A stretch of 64,000 bases of DNA from Octopus sinensis (taxonomy: Eukaryota): contig NW_021833457.1 in assembly GCF_006345805.1 (NCBI RefSeq), forward strand, positions 1 to 64,000, in the 5' to 3' direction. Below the pieces are notes generated by a model. The model worked only from the letters and a program-made list of their open reading frames with translations. It was not told the origin of the DNA and did not search any database. Both the position numbers and the translations under genes were made by a program. Positions 50,779 to 64,000 of this stretch are shown here, piece by piece (the stretch's first letter is position 1; each line of letters starts with the position of its first letter).

Positions 50779-52206
50779 GTAAGTTTTTAAATTTACTCTA
50801 GTTTTAGAAATTCTGGTTATATCAAACTAAATAGAAATGTTTTGTTTATTAGACTTTCATGTTTGTGTAGTGTGCACAGGTCCATTGCTGCTCTGGATAA
50901 TTTTATAAGATTACATTAGTCAGTCTATATTTGGTAAAACTTTGATCAACCTTCTGTATTCCTTTTTTACCAGGAATTTCTAACTTGACATTCAACCAAA
51001 TTAGTAGGAATTGTGTTGAAAATCTTGTCAAATTGAAAATAAAGTTATGTTGTCGGTGCATAATTAGATTGTTTACAAATGTTTGTTTGCTGATAATGTT
51101 GTTTTATGAGTTTTTAAGCATTTTACCTATTTTTCAACTATGAAATTGATCACACCTGAACACTACCTTTAACAAAAGACTAAAGCATTGATTGTTTACA
51201 AGTGATCATAAGATCAGTAAGAATTTGAGCAAACATATTCAGAAAATGACTTAGTAACAGTTGAGAATTAAAGATATTAAGTGGGAAATGATAATGATGT
51301 GTTTCAAAAGGGCAGGGCATGGTTCTCAGCTGACAGTAACGATGATGAAATACTAAAATCATTAGATTGGCAGTTTGAAAATTCCAGAAATTATCCTCAA
51401 TTTTCTATTTATTAATTTCACAGGTCTACAATCGAAAAGTTGTTTCTCATGTAATGGGTGTAATTGATTTTTACCTGCTGATTTCAAAATTTTCAAAGTT
51501 ATTCTATCATTTACAGTTTCTACAGAAAATTGATCACTGCATTTTACCATTATGCCTGAACATGACCTTTATCTTTTATTATTATGATTAATCACCATAT
51601 CTATAGACACTATAACAGCATAACTTATAGGAGTTTATTTTGGAAAATAAACATCTGGCAATATATAAACTGCTTCAGCTACACAGAGAAGTGCCTACAT
51701 CTCTAGCTTCAGTCACCCACAAGCTATGAGGAGAGAAAGATGCACTTTACAATGCCATGTTTTCAGGTTACAATGTATCTTTTTTTTATTTCAGTTATTT
51801 CCTTATGCTTGTTTTCATGTATATATATATTACATACTTATATCAGGTTGCACTTGAGCACTGTTGGTGATATATAACCCAATACAACCGATCACATGGT
51901 CGGTTCATCGGCAACTAAACTGGCAACCACTGAGTTTGCTTGGTGAAGAGGGTGATTGTTGGACACCCTGTAGGACAAAAAGTAAGACTCACCAAAAGGT
52001 GGAAGAACCTATGAGTAGTCCATTGCCATTCAACAATATATAGAAGTGTGTTGTTTATTTATGTACATGTGGGTGTGTGTAGGTATATATATTGTATACT
52101 TTTAAACTTCCTTTTATGTTTATATTTTTATATTCTTATTTTAATATTTTTATATTCTATTATATTCCTTTTATAGTTTTATATTTATATTTATACATAT
52201 ACTAGT

Positions 52207-52607
52207 TGCAGGAGTGGCTGTGTGGTAAGTAGCTTACTTACCAACCACATGGTTCCGGGTTCATTCCCACTTCGTGGCACCTTGGGCAAGTGTCTTCTAC
52301 TATAGCCTCGGACTGACCAAAGCCTTGTAAGTGGATTTGGTAGACAGAAACTGAAAGAAGCCCGTCGTATATATGTATATATGTATGTGTGTGTGTGTGT
52401 GTGTGTGTATTTATGTGTTTGTGTTTGTCCCCCAACATTGCTTGACAACTGATAGTGATGTGTTTACGTCCCCGTAACTTAGTTGTTTGGCAAAAGAGAC
52501 CAATAGAATAAGTACTAGGCTTACAAAGAATAAGTCGTTGCTCGACTAAAGGCAGTGCTCCAGCATGGCCGCAGTCAAGTGACTGAAACAAGTAAAAGAG
52601 TAAAGAG
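52207..52607 (+). mobile_element. tRNA-derived SINE (family A)
   Basis: GCAGGAGTGGCTGTGTGGTAAG...GGTTCATTCCC...AAGTAAAAGAGTAAAGAG; collinear with 43-455. Confidence 0.88.
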
Positions 52608-52629
52608 TATATAATTCCTTTTATATACC

Positions 52630-55600
52630 CTTGGGGCATTGAGGGAAGGATAGTACCTCTAGTTGGAGAGGCTACTCATGCTTCTTAGGAGTGACTCATT
52701 CACCTTGGTACCCACCAGGTACTCAGCTCTCACCTGCGGCTCCATGTAGCTGTCTGCATGTACATTGGACACACTTTGACTGGTGAGCTAAACCAGCTGA
52801 GTGTAGCCTGTGGGTCTCAAACCCTCAGCGAGATATGGGTTGTCTACCCATGCATGTGAAGACTGGTTCTGGCATACTGGGTAGAGGAAACCACCAGTGA
52901 GGTCCAACAGAGAGAAAGGCAATACCAGCGGGAGTTGTAGAGTGCCTAGAACATGACAAAACACTATAGAACCCTGGCCATCCACTGCACCAGGAAGGGT
53001 AACCAGCTTTAATACTTTTCTTTGCTCCTGAATCAAGGTTCTTTCTGCTGAGCAAGTGGTATTGGCCTCTATGCAATGGATCTCCCACTTAAAACAAATT
53101 CATGCACAGGTGTCTGTGCTTTTCAGCCTTCCAACTGTCAACCTTAAGTCCTGTGGCAATGGAAAAGTGGTGAAAGGGACAGTTGAAGGTGACCACTAGA
53201 AATTTTAGTCACAAGCCTGCATGGTTGCTGTTCTTCATATTGGACAGCAAAGAACTTTGGCAGCTTCCCTGGTGGGTGAGTAGCTTCTTCAGAACAGCAC
53301 TGCTCATCCTAGGAAGGGAAGGCCTAGAAAAGGTGGCCTAATGAAAACTTGCCCTAAACAGTTCTGGCCAGTTAACTGCAGCTGATAGATTTATCCATTT
53401 GTGGTCAGTCTAAATTGAGAAAGGAAAACCTAGTTATTGGTACAATATCAACATAGCAGCAATTAGTGAAACTCAACAGGCCAGGGAAGGGTCGCTGACA
53501 GAATCAGATAGCAGCTACACATTCTTCTGTAAAGGTAAGGCTCTACATGAGGACAAAATACATGGAGTTGGAGTCTCCTAAAACAGATTCCCTGTCTTCC
53601 CACAGGTGCAAATGAAAGGCTTCTGAAACTTTGCCTCCCTGTCAGCAACAAACAATTCATTATCATCATAAGTGTGTATGCCCCTACAATGATGTGCACA
53701 TAAGAGATCAGAGAGCAATTCTATGCTGATCTGGATGCTGCTCTATCTGACATGCCTGCTAATGACAAGCTTGTAATACTAGGCAACTCAACACCAGAGT
53801 CAGCAGAGATGAGGAGCACTGGAGAGGAGTTATAGGGAAGCAGGGAGATGAGAAGATCAATAGCAATGGACTTCTTTTGCTGAGCAGATACATCGAGCAC
53901 AACCTGCTGATTACCAACACCAACTTCTGGCAGGCTGATTAAGTATAAGACATCATGGATGTATGCATATTCAAAACGGGAAAATTATTGATTACATAAT
54001 CACCCACCAGCATGACAGCAGTGATATCCTCATCACCAAGGCAATGCATGAAGCAGAGTGCTGGACAGATCATAGACTCGTAAGATCCATGCTCAACATC
54101 CACATAGTTCCCCAGCACCACAAGCGCCCAAAGCTTATTAGACTGGCCTTCAACACAGACTACTTTCAACCAAATACCAGCAAGAGTTCCAGCCTAAACT
54201 TGAAATCAAGTTCAAGGCAATAGGACCACTAACCGGTGAATCAGAGGAAAAGTGGAACCAGTTCAAAGAAGTCAGTTCAAAGACAGCCAAAATAGTTCTA
54301 GGCTCAAAGGAAAAGCTTCTTCAGGACTGTTTTAATGATGATAATAAAGCAATACAGGCACAGTCAGATGATAAGAGAAAGGTTTACATGATTGCCAGAA
54401 TCATCCAAACTGACCCACATGGTGTGACTGGCAAACCAGACCCCTGAGGAAGCTTCACAATATGCAAGATTGATGGTGACAGCTGGAAGCTGAAGAAGTG
54501 CAGCTCTGCACTGAAACCAACAACTCCAAGATGCTGTACAGTGCTATCAAACCCATCTACAGCTCCCTGACATCTGCTGATGGCTCAACAATCATCAACA
54601 ACAAAGAAGGAATCAGGGCAAGGTGAGAGGAGCACTTGAACCGACACCTAAACTGGCTGTCCACTGTCAACCAGGAAACATAGCAGCAAATACCTCAGAA
54701 GACTCTACACAAAGACCTTGACTTGCTGCTTAGTGTAAATGAGGCCAAGACTGCCATTAAAAAAATGAACTGTGGCAAGGCTCTGGGAGCAGACAGAATT
54801 CCTGCAAAACCGTACAAGGCACTTGGTACCACAGCTTTCAGTGCATTCCATGATATCTTTGCATCCATTTGGGAGGAAAAGTGTATACTAGCTGACTTCC
54901 AAGACACCACCATAGTTACACTGTACAAGAACGAAGGGGCCAAATCAGACTGCAGGAATTGGAGCATTTCCCTGGTTTCCATTGCTGAAAAAATCCTGAC
55001 CTGCATCCTCTTCAACAGGCTCCTCACCAACATCTCTGAGAGCAACTTGCCTGAACCCCAGTGTGGCTTCTGCCCTGGTTGCAGCACCATAGACATGGAG
55101 TTTGCTGTGTGTTATGTCAAGGAGAAGTGTATTGAACAACAGATAAATTTGTATTCCATGTTCATAGACCAGACCAAAGCTTTTGACACAGTCAAGAGAG
55201 AAGCTTTGTGAACAATCCTAAGCTGGGCTGCCCACACACGGTCACCATACTGATAAGATTCATGATAATATTACTAGTCAAGTTCTCTGCAATGATGACT
55301 GCACCAACTCTTTCAATATCCCCAATGATGTGAATCAGGGCTGCATACTCACCCCCACATTGTTCAACTTGTTCTTCACACAGGTCCTACTTTGCACAGT
55401 GTAAGACTTAGACCTGGGTGTGTATACATTAGATATTACTCAAGCAGCTCTGCTTTTGACCACCACCAACTCTCTGCTTCAACCAAGACAGTGAAAAGTC
55501 CATTACTGAAGCCCTATTTGCAGATGACTTTGCCCTTATGGCACATAAAGCAAAATCGCCTGCAGACCATTGTTAACAACCTTGCAGAAGGGTCAAGGCT

Positions 55601-56480
55601 CTTTGGACTGACCATGAGTCTTGAGCAAATAGAGGTTGTAGCCCAAGCAGCTCTGAACACAATTCACCTCCAGCCAAACATCACCATTGAGAGAGACCAG
55701 CTTAAGTGTGTGATGATTTTCAAGTACTTTGGTTGCACAATATCAGTCAATGCATCATAAGACAGTGAAATCTTATTCAGAGTCCACAAAACTAGCCAAG
55801 TACTTGGAGGATTGAAAGTGAAAGTCCTCCAGCAGAAAGGCATCAGACTGTCTATGAGGTCGACAATTGACCAGGCTGTAGTCATCTCTATACTATTCTA
55901 TTGATGCGAAACATGAACCCCATATCACTGGCACATCAAACAGCTGAAACAGTTTCACACAAGGAGACTATGCAGAATCATGGGCATTCACTGGCAGGAC
56001 AGAGTGACAAACCAAGAAGTGCTGGACAGAGCTAGTTCAACAAACGTTAAGTCAATGTTGTTGAAGGTTCATTTGCACTGGACTGGTATGTCATCAGTTA
56101 TTCCGATGACCACTGTGTACCCAGCCAGCTGTTGTATGGTGACCTCATGCAAACAAGGAAGACCTTAGCTGAGGTACAAAGACATTCTGAAAAGCAACCT
56201 CAAATGCAGCAGCTTTGGTCCACATGAACTTGAAGCTTCTGCCACAGACAGTTCAACGTGGAGGTATCTCACTTCAAGAGCAGCAACTGCCTTTGAAGAG
56301 GACTTGATGCTGCAAAACAAAAATGTCACAGTTCAGCATCCATCTCAATTCAGTCAACAGATTACACTGTAATATCTATGAGTGCCTGTGTGTTTCCAGC
56401 TTTGAACTGCGGAATCACATTACTCTCATCACTGAGAACATAGATTTTGTCATTGCCAGACACCAATAGACTACCAACAA
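52630..56480 (+). mobile_element. Near full-length degenerate RTE (BovB-like) LINE, second RTE family
   Basis: APE relics (SETQ, YTFFCKG, SVYAPTM, EQFYADL, DKLVILG, LITNT.F, IIDYIIT, CWTDHRLV), RT ORF 54723-55211 (KALGADRIP, RNWSISL..IAEKIL, EPQCGFCPGCSTIDM, FIDQTKAFDTV), V.QGCIL.PTLF.LFF, LFADD. Confidence 0.85.
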
Positions 56481-56607
56481 ACATACATACTATATATATT
56501 GTTTTACTGTATCATTAGTTATATTTCATTGCTTCTTTAATGATATGTATGTATTTTGATGGTAAATCAAATATATACTGTTAAAAAATATCCCCTTCCC
56601 CTTTCCT

Positions 56608-58564
56608 TACAGGCCTCCATATCATCTGAAGTAAGGATGTCTTATAAATGTGCAAAAAGACTGAATAACTTTAGTTACAGTTGCAGCAAATTTATGACTA
56701 AGCTACACCAGAAAAACATTACCAATGTCATCAAAAAATTTTACTATGCCAACTTTGGTGTGAAATTAAGAGATTAATACATGAAGTGGCCTGTTTATTT
56801 TATGATGAGGAACTAAGTCAATGGACAAATTTACTGAGAAATCCTTTCGTTTTGGGATTCCAATAATATGGATAGAGCATAAAATCACAGCGATGACTAA
56901 TACTTTTAATCAAGTAAGGCGCAAGGACACAATCTGATGAGTGGGAAAAACATTGTTTATCCAAGTCTCTCATCTGCATTGAAGCCTGTTGCCCATGGAG
57001 CAGATGTTCCAGTCCCATCACCAGCAGGTAACCTTGAAGACATACGTTTGAGTTCTAAGTCATAAGGCAGAAATAGCAACGATGATGAAGACTTCAATAA
57101 TAGTGAAGATGAAGAACCTCAATTATTTAATTAGGGTGAATTAAACAATCTGGTGAGGGACTCAGGGCTTGCAAAGGAGTCAGCAGAGCTTTTAGGTTCC
57201 AGACTGAAATCCAAAAATCTTTTAGCTCCTCATGCATCATTGTATAGGTATCATAACAGCAGAAAAGAATTTGTTTCTTATTTCAAAAAAAAAAAAAATT
57301 GATTTATTGTACAGTTCCATGAGGACAAATAAAAAAGTTTGGCACTAGTTACAACACTGTTTAATGGAGACCCTTTATTGATTCTTCAAAAAGATATCTT
57401 AAAGTTGTTCTACTGCATAACATCCCTGCTGGACACTCAATGACCATGAAGAAAACATGAAAATTTTGATGTCACTCTTAAACAAGATTAAATTCAAAGA
57501 TCACAACTGGATGATTTAGAACAACTTGAAAATAATTTGTATGTTGCTTGGATAATAGTCAGGCTACACAAAGTTTCTTTGTTCCTTATGTGGATGGGAC
57601 AATAGTTCCAGGAACCTCCACTGGTTTAAAAAAGATGGCCATGTAGGACTACGCTTAGACCAGGAACAAAGTATGTCCTCCAAGAAAGTTTGGTTCCAAA
57701 AAGGGTTCTTTTGCTCCACTGTATATAAAACTTGATCTCATGAAGCAGTTCATAGAAGTTTTGCCACAAGATGGAGAGAGCTTCAAATATTTGCATAGCA
57801 AGTTTCCTCCCCTATCAGACACCAAGGATGAAAAGGGTGTACTTGTGGGACCAGATATGAGGAAGCTCATCAAGTATGAAAATTTGGAAACTCTTTTAGT
57901 GATTCTCAAAAAATATGCAAGCATTAGTTTTAAAGATATAGTGAAGAATTTCTAGGGTAATCATAGGGATACAAACTACAAAGGTATAGTGGCAAGAATG
58001 CTGGCAAAGTTTAAGACATTATGATATAGAATGAGCATTAAAGTTAATTTCCTACATATCCATTTGGATTTCTTTCTGGAAAATCTGAGGATGTGAGTGA
58101 GGAGCAGGGGGAAGGTTTCATCAAGACATAAAGGAGATGGAAAGAAGATATGAGGGCAGATTGAATGGTCATATGATGACCAACTATTGTTGGATAGTGA
58201 ACAAATTCTTATATGCAAAAGAGTTCCTGGCATGATTTCCAAGTGGAAAAGAATAGATTTTGAGGTACTAAACCTAAAACATGAATGGAACCTTTGTAAA
58301 AATCTACTTTTTCACTTTCCAATTGCATTTGTGCCTTTTTATTTGACTAAATAAAGTACCAAATTCATTTTTATTAGTTTCATTTTGTCTTGCCAGTTGT
58401 AGATTTACCTACAAATTATGGTATATTTCATGATTACATTTTGAGAAAATTTTAGGCAATAGGGAAGAGCTGTTTTGATATTTTGATTTAGCTCCACAAA
58501 AATATATAAAGTAACATACCATTATCAAAACAATTTTCAAAAAGTTTCATTTCACAGTCCTGTG
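56608..58564 (+). mobile_element. Degenerate DNA transposon, CMC/Chapaev3-like
   Basis: Relic transposase motifs GELNNLVRDSGLAKESAELLGSRLK, WRPFIDSSKRYLKVVLLHN, GYTKFLC.LC.WD, PLYIKLDLMKQF, MSIKVNFL..HLDFF, SEEQG.GFHQD; termini TACAGG.../...CCTGTG (CACAG-type). Superfamily name from recalled motifs, unverified. Confidence 0.6.
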
Positions 58565-59073
58565 TTTTCAGTAATTTTTTCTTAAGAAATGTGTTGTTAT
58601 TGGATATTGAGCTCAAGTACAGACACTAGTTATCTCCCCTTTTTAAATCTGATAGAGTTAAATAATTATCAATTGTGCACGTGTGTAATTTACACAGGTA
58701 ATTTTCAGGAAAAAATTTGTTAAAAAAAGCTTCTACTCGTGTAAATATCGTACCCCAAAATTTTCAGAATTTGTCAATATAACCAGGAGAAGAAGGTTTT
58801 CAATTTAGCTGCATTTAGCATAATTTCATTTAGGATTACATTTTATTAAATTTTCCTTAAATAAAAATAATTTCTGTTTAACAGTTATCACATTGAAAGC
58901 TATTAAATTACAAAGTGTTTGTGTTGTTTATAATAAACTTTATTTTACATTTTAGGCAACAGGGAAGAGCTGTTTTGATATTTTGATTTAGCTCCACAAA
59001 AATATATAAAGTAACATACCATTATTAAAACAATTTTCAAAAAGTTTCATTTCACAGTCCTGTGTTTTCAGTA
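58449..59073. repeat. 125-bp near-identical direct repeat (58449-58573 and 58949-59073)
   Basis: Two substitutions seen in 125 bp; copies exactly 500 bp apart; includes the transposon right end plus 9 bp of flank. Confidence 0.9.
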
Positions 59074-60471
59074 TGTTCAATCATTAGCATGCTGCTGTAT
59101 GTCTTCTCAAATCATGATCACAGGGAAAGTTGTTGATAAGAATTACCAACAACAACAAAGCTGATAAATATGCACAGGTGTTGCAAATTAAGTTCAAATG
59201 CCAATAAACATCAGTTTGGATGACACTTTACTTAACAGACAGAGGAAGGTGACTGATCAAACTGATTATGTAAACAGAATTCTTTTCCACCTATTCTTGT
59301 TAGAACCTTTGATACAGAATATCAAAATGTTAATCCCTTTCACATTTACAAAATGTCAAGCGAACTTAAAAATTTGTCATTACCATTATTGTCAGTATAG
59401 GCATGCATAACATTGTGTAACACGGATTTTGTCCTTGGGTAGCAATTGTTATTTCCTATTTGCTTACTCCCAGAAAGTATGAAAAATAACTAATATTTCC
59501 TTCAAACTTTGCTTTTGTTACATTTTTAAAATCCCCAAAGAACCCCTCTCAACACATGGCTGTGATGATCTCCCACTACTCCTGCTCAGTGATGCACATA
59601 TTGTCAACCACTAAGGCACATGCTCAAGTGGTTAAAGACAAGCAACTAACAAGCAAATCTATAGTACTGAGCAGAATATTTTTTAGAATATTTCTACTTC
59701 AGCAACTCAGCACTGATTGTGTCTAAAATGTAATGGGAAAGTTTCAAAACATCGATGTCCAGGTCATAAAACCAAAGTCCAAAGGGAATGGTAATCATTT
59801 CCTTTGATTTCTAGATAGAAGCAAATAGGAAATAACACTTACTAACCAAAGACAAGAACAAATAAAAATTTTGTTACACAGTGTGGTTAATATGAGCACT
59901 TAAATATAAAGCTTATAACTTTCATCCAACTCCCAAAATATTTGCGTATTAGAGTGATGAAAGGAGGGGATTAATGAAATAAATGATTTAGCAGAATGAA
60001 GCCTGGTGCAGTATCAGTAGATGGGATAAAGAAAAGAAGCAACATGTATGTGAGTCAATAGCTGTAGTTTGTTGGAGAAATAATCTTAGCTAAACAGTCT
60101 TTTCATTTAAACCTCTAATTTTTATGAACAAAGCAGCAGCACTTTCAATATGTGAACAATACTTCAAGTGTAGATATCCTTTGGGATTTGTTAAGTCACC
60201 AGGTGGTTGAAGACAAAGTGTATTGTGGCTCTGAAGAAGAATTCTTTGTAAAGAAGTTTTAGAAATGTTATACATGTGAGGTTATCATGAGAGAGAAGGG
60301 GAGAGAGAGAGGTTCATAGGTAATTGAGACAAATGTTTCCTGAATTATTGTTTTGATGCTTAGAAAGCAAAAATTATAATCAAGTAAATACATCAACTTG
60401 TTTAGATTTTAAGTATTTATATTTAATTACATGTTTTTAAAATGTTCTGTTTTTATTTTCTATTATTTCAG

Positions 60472-60579
60472 ATTGTCCAGTTGGAACAAGAAAGTGTAAA
60501 AATAATTATTGTTATAGTGAATCTAAAGTATGTGACAGAACCAATGATTGTAGTGATGGTAGTGATGAAATGAATTGCC
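60472..60579 (+). CDS. Internal exon; LDL-receptor class A (LDLa) module
   Basis: TTATTTCAG acceptor, GTAAGT donor at 60580, 108 nt, phase 1/1. (D)[35 protein letters not shown] has six Cys and the D-C-x-D-G-S-D-E signature. Not in the supplied ORF track because it is short. Confidence 0.93.
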
Positions 60580-61049
60580 GTAAGTGTTTATTTTGTTCAT
60601 TATCTTTTTTATGGCCATATTTTTTTAAATAAAAGATTTCTTTATAAACCATTTGATAAACTATCTAGGTTATATTTCCTGTTGAGAGCTTTAAAACAAC
60701 CTATAGTGCTAATTAAACAACACTGGTATTTCTACTTTATAGTCTATTACCAATGAATTCCATAGAGCAGAAAATGGTAAACTCCTTGTCAACTGAATCC
60801 ATAAATTAAGTATCAGCCCCGAGTTTTGCAATTTCCCTTTCATTATATAATTAATGAGATTAATGTATTGCACAAATGGTAAACTCTTGAGAAAACCTAG
60901 TCTACAACCTAGGCTTGATTCTTGGTCACATATTCCATTAAATTCATTTTTATTTTATTTTTTTATACATTATTAGTTTGGTGGAAAGAATTGAGACCAT
61001 GACCATCACAAGACCTCTGAGACCACTGATATCGATGTAGTTAACATTC

Positions 61050-62170
61050 CTTTAAATATTTGTAATTTGATGATGGCAAAAAAGACAAGTGCAGGGTGAG
61101 AATTCTAGAATACCATTCTGAAGAAGAAATGGGAATAATGCTTAATGTTGGGTTTAGTTGGTGGTAGGAGTGGAGTTACAATAAAGGCAGTGAGAAAGAG
61201 AAAGATAGGAAAGTCAGGAATGGCTGAGGAAAGATGATATGAGACAAGCCAGCAGCACCACCAAACAGCAGAGGACACAGTAAAATTAGTATAAAAAATA
61301 ATACTGAAAGAGAACAGCATGTTTGCAAGCCAGAGTGTGTTGGGAAATGACTTCATAAGACTCTGTGGAGTAGCCTTTACTTCCTGGATGTGGTCTAGGA
61401 TGTCTGTGGATATGCAGCAGTGCTATCCTAGATAAGAAAGCAGTTCTCTGTTTTGGGGTTTTATTAATAATTAATTAGCTGCTGGGTGTTCAAGTATTTT
61501 CTTACTCTTGAAAGGAAGACCAGGCATTGTGATGCAGTTTTGACTATTAAGAGATTCTCAGTGAGACTTAGGCCTGCTATTTTCAGTAACTCTGTGATGT
61601 CTAGCTGCATACTATTCATGTTTAAGAGGAGTGTGTGAAGATAATGTTTTCCTTCTTGATATATGTAGTGGTTTTCATTGTAGCATTAAAGTACACAACA
61701 TTGACATGACTATATTGGAGGATATTTTTGAAGTTAGTGTAAACTTAGAATGAAGTATCAAGGTTGCATCTACATGACATAGGTGTAGAATGTTGAGGAG
61801 TAATAAAGGGTATTATCATCTATATAAGAATGGGTGTTGCTGATAGTGAAATCACAGAGGTTGTCACTGTAGAGGAAGAAAAGTGTGGATGACATATCAG
61901 AAATTATAGAGCGGGAGTTAAGAGTGCTATGATATTAATACCTGCCATAGTACTGTGATCTGGCATGAAGACACTGATTCATAAGAAGAGAGTTGTGTAC
62001 AGCCTATATGTAAGGAATTTTACCAGATTTGCATACTAAATGCAGTTGAATAACTTGCTCATGCTGAGAGTAACAATGACGTTTCATAAAATTTCTCAAA
62101 GGCATGTGCTCTCTAGTGTGGAAAATATATAACAGATCTCCAATAGAGCTGATAGTATAAAAACTAAACT
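61050..62170 (-). mobile_element. Highly degenerate CR1/L2/Jockey-type LINE RT fragment
   Basis: Minus-strand relic SSTLFFLYSDNL...HSYIDDNTL...NVVYFNA resembles the SPTLFLLFINDL...HSYADDST RT core. Confidence 0.5.
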
Positions 62171-62187
62171 GTTATTCACAAAGGTGA

Positions 62188-62234
<47 letters not shown>

Positions 62235-62479
62235 AAACAGATTGTTGTAAATAGTTTGACCATCACTTTGAAATGCTGGAAGAGAGTGCCATAGTACAGT
62301 AGTTGGCAGGGTCAGAGGGACTGCCATGTTTTTAATTATGAGTTATTGCTGGGAGTGGGAAAAGAGAGGAGAGAGAGAAAGAGATGAAAAAGTTTAATGA
62401 GTATAAGAAACATTCTTAAGACTTATGGCCTTGCAGATATGAATTAACAGGAAATACTTTCACACTAAGCATATTTACA

Positions 62480-63714
62480 TAAAGTCTTAGTAAGTAGAAA
62501 GGAGATAATTCAAAAACCCCTTCAGGTAGATGGCTTTGCCCAATCTGTAGAAAAAGTGTAATTAGAAACTCCAAAACATGTACCCAGTGTAAACTATGGA
62601 TGCATAAGAGGTGCAGCTATATAAAAGGAAGGTTAACTGGGAAGATAATTTTTGTGTGTGGCAGATGCACAAGGGCAATAAACACTGAAGATGTACAGAA
62701 AACAGATTCTATCAGATGCCAGGGTAAAAAACTAGAAGTAGTTGATAGCTTCTGTTACCTAGGTGACCAAGTCAGTAGTAGTGGGTGGATGCTCTGAAAG
62801 CATAGCTACTAGAATAAGAATAGGCTGGGCAAAGTTCAGAGAGCTCCTACCTCTGCTACTAACAAAGGGCCTCTCACTCAGAGTGAAAGGTAGACTGTAT
62901 GATCCCTGTGTGTGAATAGCCATGCTACATGGCAGGGAAAGATAGGCTGTGACTGCTGAGGACATGTGCAGGCTTGAGCGAAATGAAGCTAGTATGCTCT
63001 GCAGGATGTGTAATGTCAGTGTACATACAAAACAGAATGTATTAACCCTGAGAGAAAAGTTGGACATAAGAAGCATCAGATGTGGTGTGCAATGACTGTG
63101 CTGGAATGGTCATGTGTCGCATATCGATGAGGACAGCTGTGTGAAGTGTCACACCCTAACAGTGGAGGGAACTTGTGGAAGAGGTAGATCCAGGAACACA
63201 TGAGATTAGGTGGTGAAGCATGACCTTCGAACATTGGGCCTCACAGAGGCAATGACAAGCGACCAAGACCTTTGGAGATATGTTGTGCTTCAGAAGACCT
63301 GGCAAGCCAAGTGAGACTAGCCGTAGCCAATGCCAGTATCGCATAATTGGCCTGTTTAAAAGTACCCTTCTATCGTCGGGCAATCTACTGTGCTTGAGCA
63401 GACCTGTTGAGCCAAGTGAAGTCGTAATTGTGTCCAATGTCAGTGCTGCCTGACTGGCTTCCAAGCCGATGGCATGTAAAAAGCACCATTCGAGCATAGC
63501 TGATGCCAGTGTTGCCTGACTGGCTCTCATGTCAGTGGTACATAAAAAGTACTAACTACACTCTCTGAGTGGTTGGCATTAGGAAGGGCATCCAGCTGTA
63601 GAAACCTTGCCAGATCGCATTGGAGCCTGGTGCAGCCTCCTGGCTTGCCAGTGCTCAGTCAAAACATTTGACTGCCATGCCAGCATGGAAAGCAGATATT
63701 AAACGATGATGATA
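62480..63714 (+). mobile_element. RTE-clade LINE 3' fragment
   Basis: GRWLCPICRK, HKRCSYIKGRLTGKIIFVCGRC, KLEVVDSFCYLGDQ; 3' UTR and (GAT)n tail at 63705-63714. Confidence 0.85.
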
Positions 63715-64000
63715 ATATGGGAGAAAGAGAGTTTGCCGAATGTCGACCCAACAGAGGGACCAGCTATCCGAGTTGGTAGATAAAGCAATTAAGAGTATGA
63801 AGACAGGGAAAGTTCCCGGCCCATCAGGAATCACTGCAGAGATGCTCAAAATATCTGGCAGTGTCGGCTATAGCCTAATCACACATATAGTTAACCAGCT
63901 GATACAAAAAGGAATCATACCCAATGACTGGTGTAGCAGCTCTATAGTCAACTGCTACAAAGGTAAAGGTGACATTTAGAGACAAATAATTACAGAGGTA
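63715..64000 (+). mobile_element. Start of another RTE RT fragment (runs off window)
   Basis: WEKESLPNVDPTEGPAI...AIKSMKTGKVPGPSGITAEMLK...IPNDWCSSSIVNCYKGKGD. Confidence 0.82.

Noticed and set aside
51838-51972. Tc1-like MITE ending GGACACCCTGTA
   Set aside because: Only one convincing terminal repeat; no matching left TIR.

Overview
Eukaryotic, AT-rich, repeat-dense genomic DNA. The SINE/LINE families and (TA)n/(CA)n load resemble octopus (cephalopod) DNA; this is recognition from memory, not a database result. The whole window lies inside one plus-strand gene. Nine GT-AG exons (1683-2021, 9386-9487, 24985-25332, 34361-34513, 35213-35349, 41001-41196, 49011-49121, 50461-50778, 60472-60579; 1812 nt, 604 codons, phase-compatible) encode the end of one MAM domain, three further divergent MAM domains and an LDL-receptor class A module (MAM/LDLa mosaic protein, MALRD1/apical-endosomal-glycoprotein-like; both gene ends lie outside the window). 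The introns are filled with decayed mobile elements: tRNA-derived SINEs, RTE-clade LINEs of two families, R4/Dong-like and CR1/L2-like non-LTR elements, two mariners, a Chapaev3-like DNA transposon, a Gypsy LTR-gag remnant and Helitron-like elements. The most unusual part is the first 16 kb, with three different Penelope-like element (PLE) relics, two of them carrying an inverted copy of their 3' end. A (TA)n array at 11-16.5 kb holds two minimal hammerhead-ribozyme motifs on the host-gene strand, one with an apparent U3-A8 compensatory core. No prokaryotic features, true tRNA/rRNA genes or CRISPR arrays are supported.
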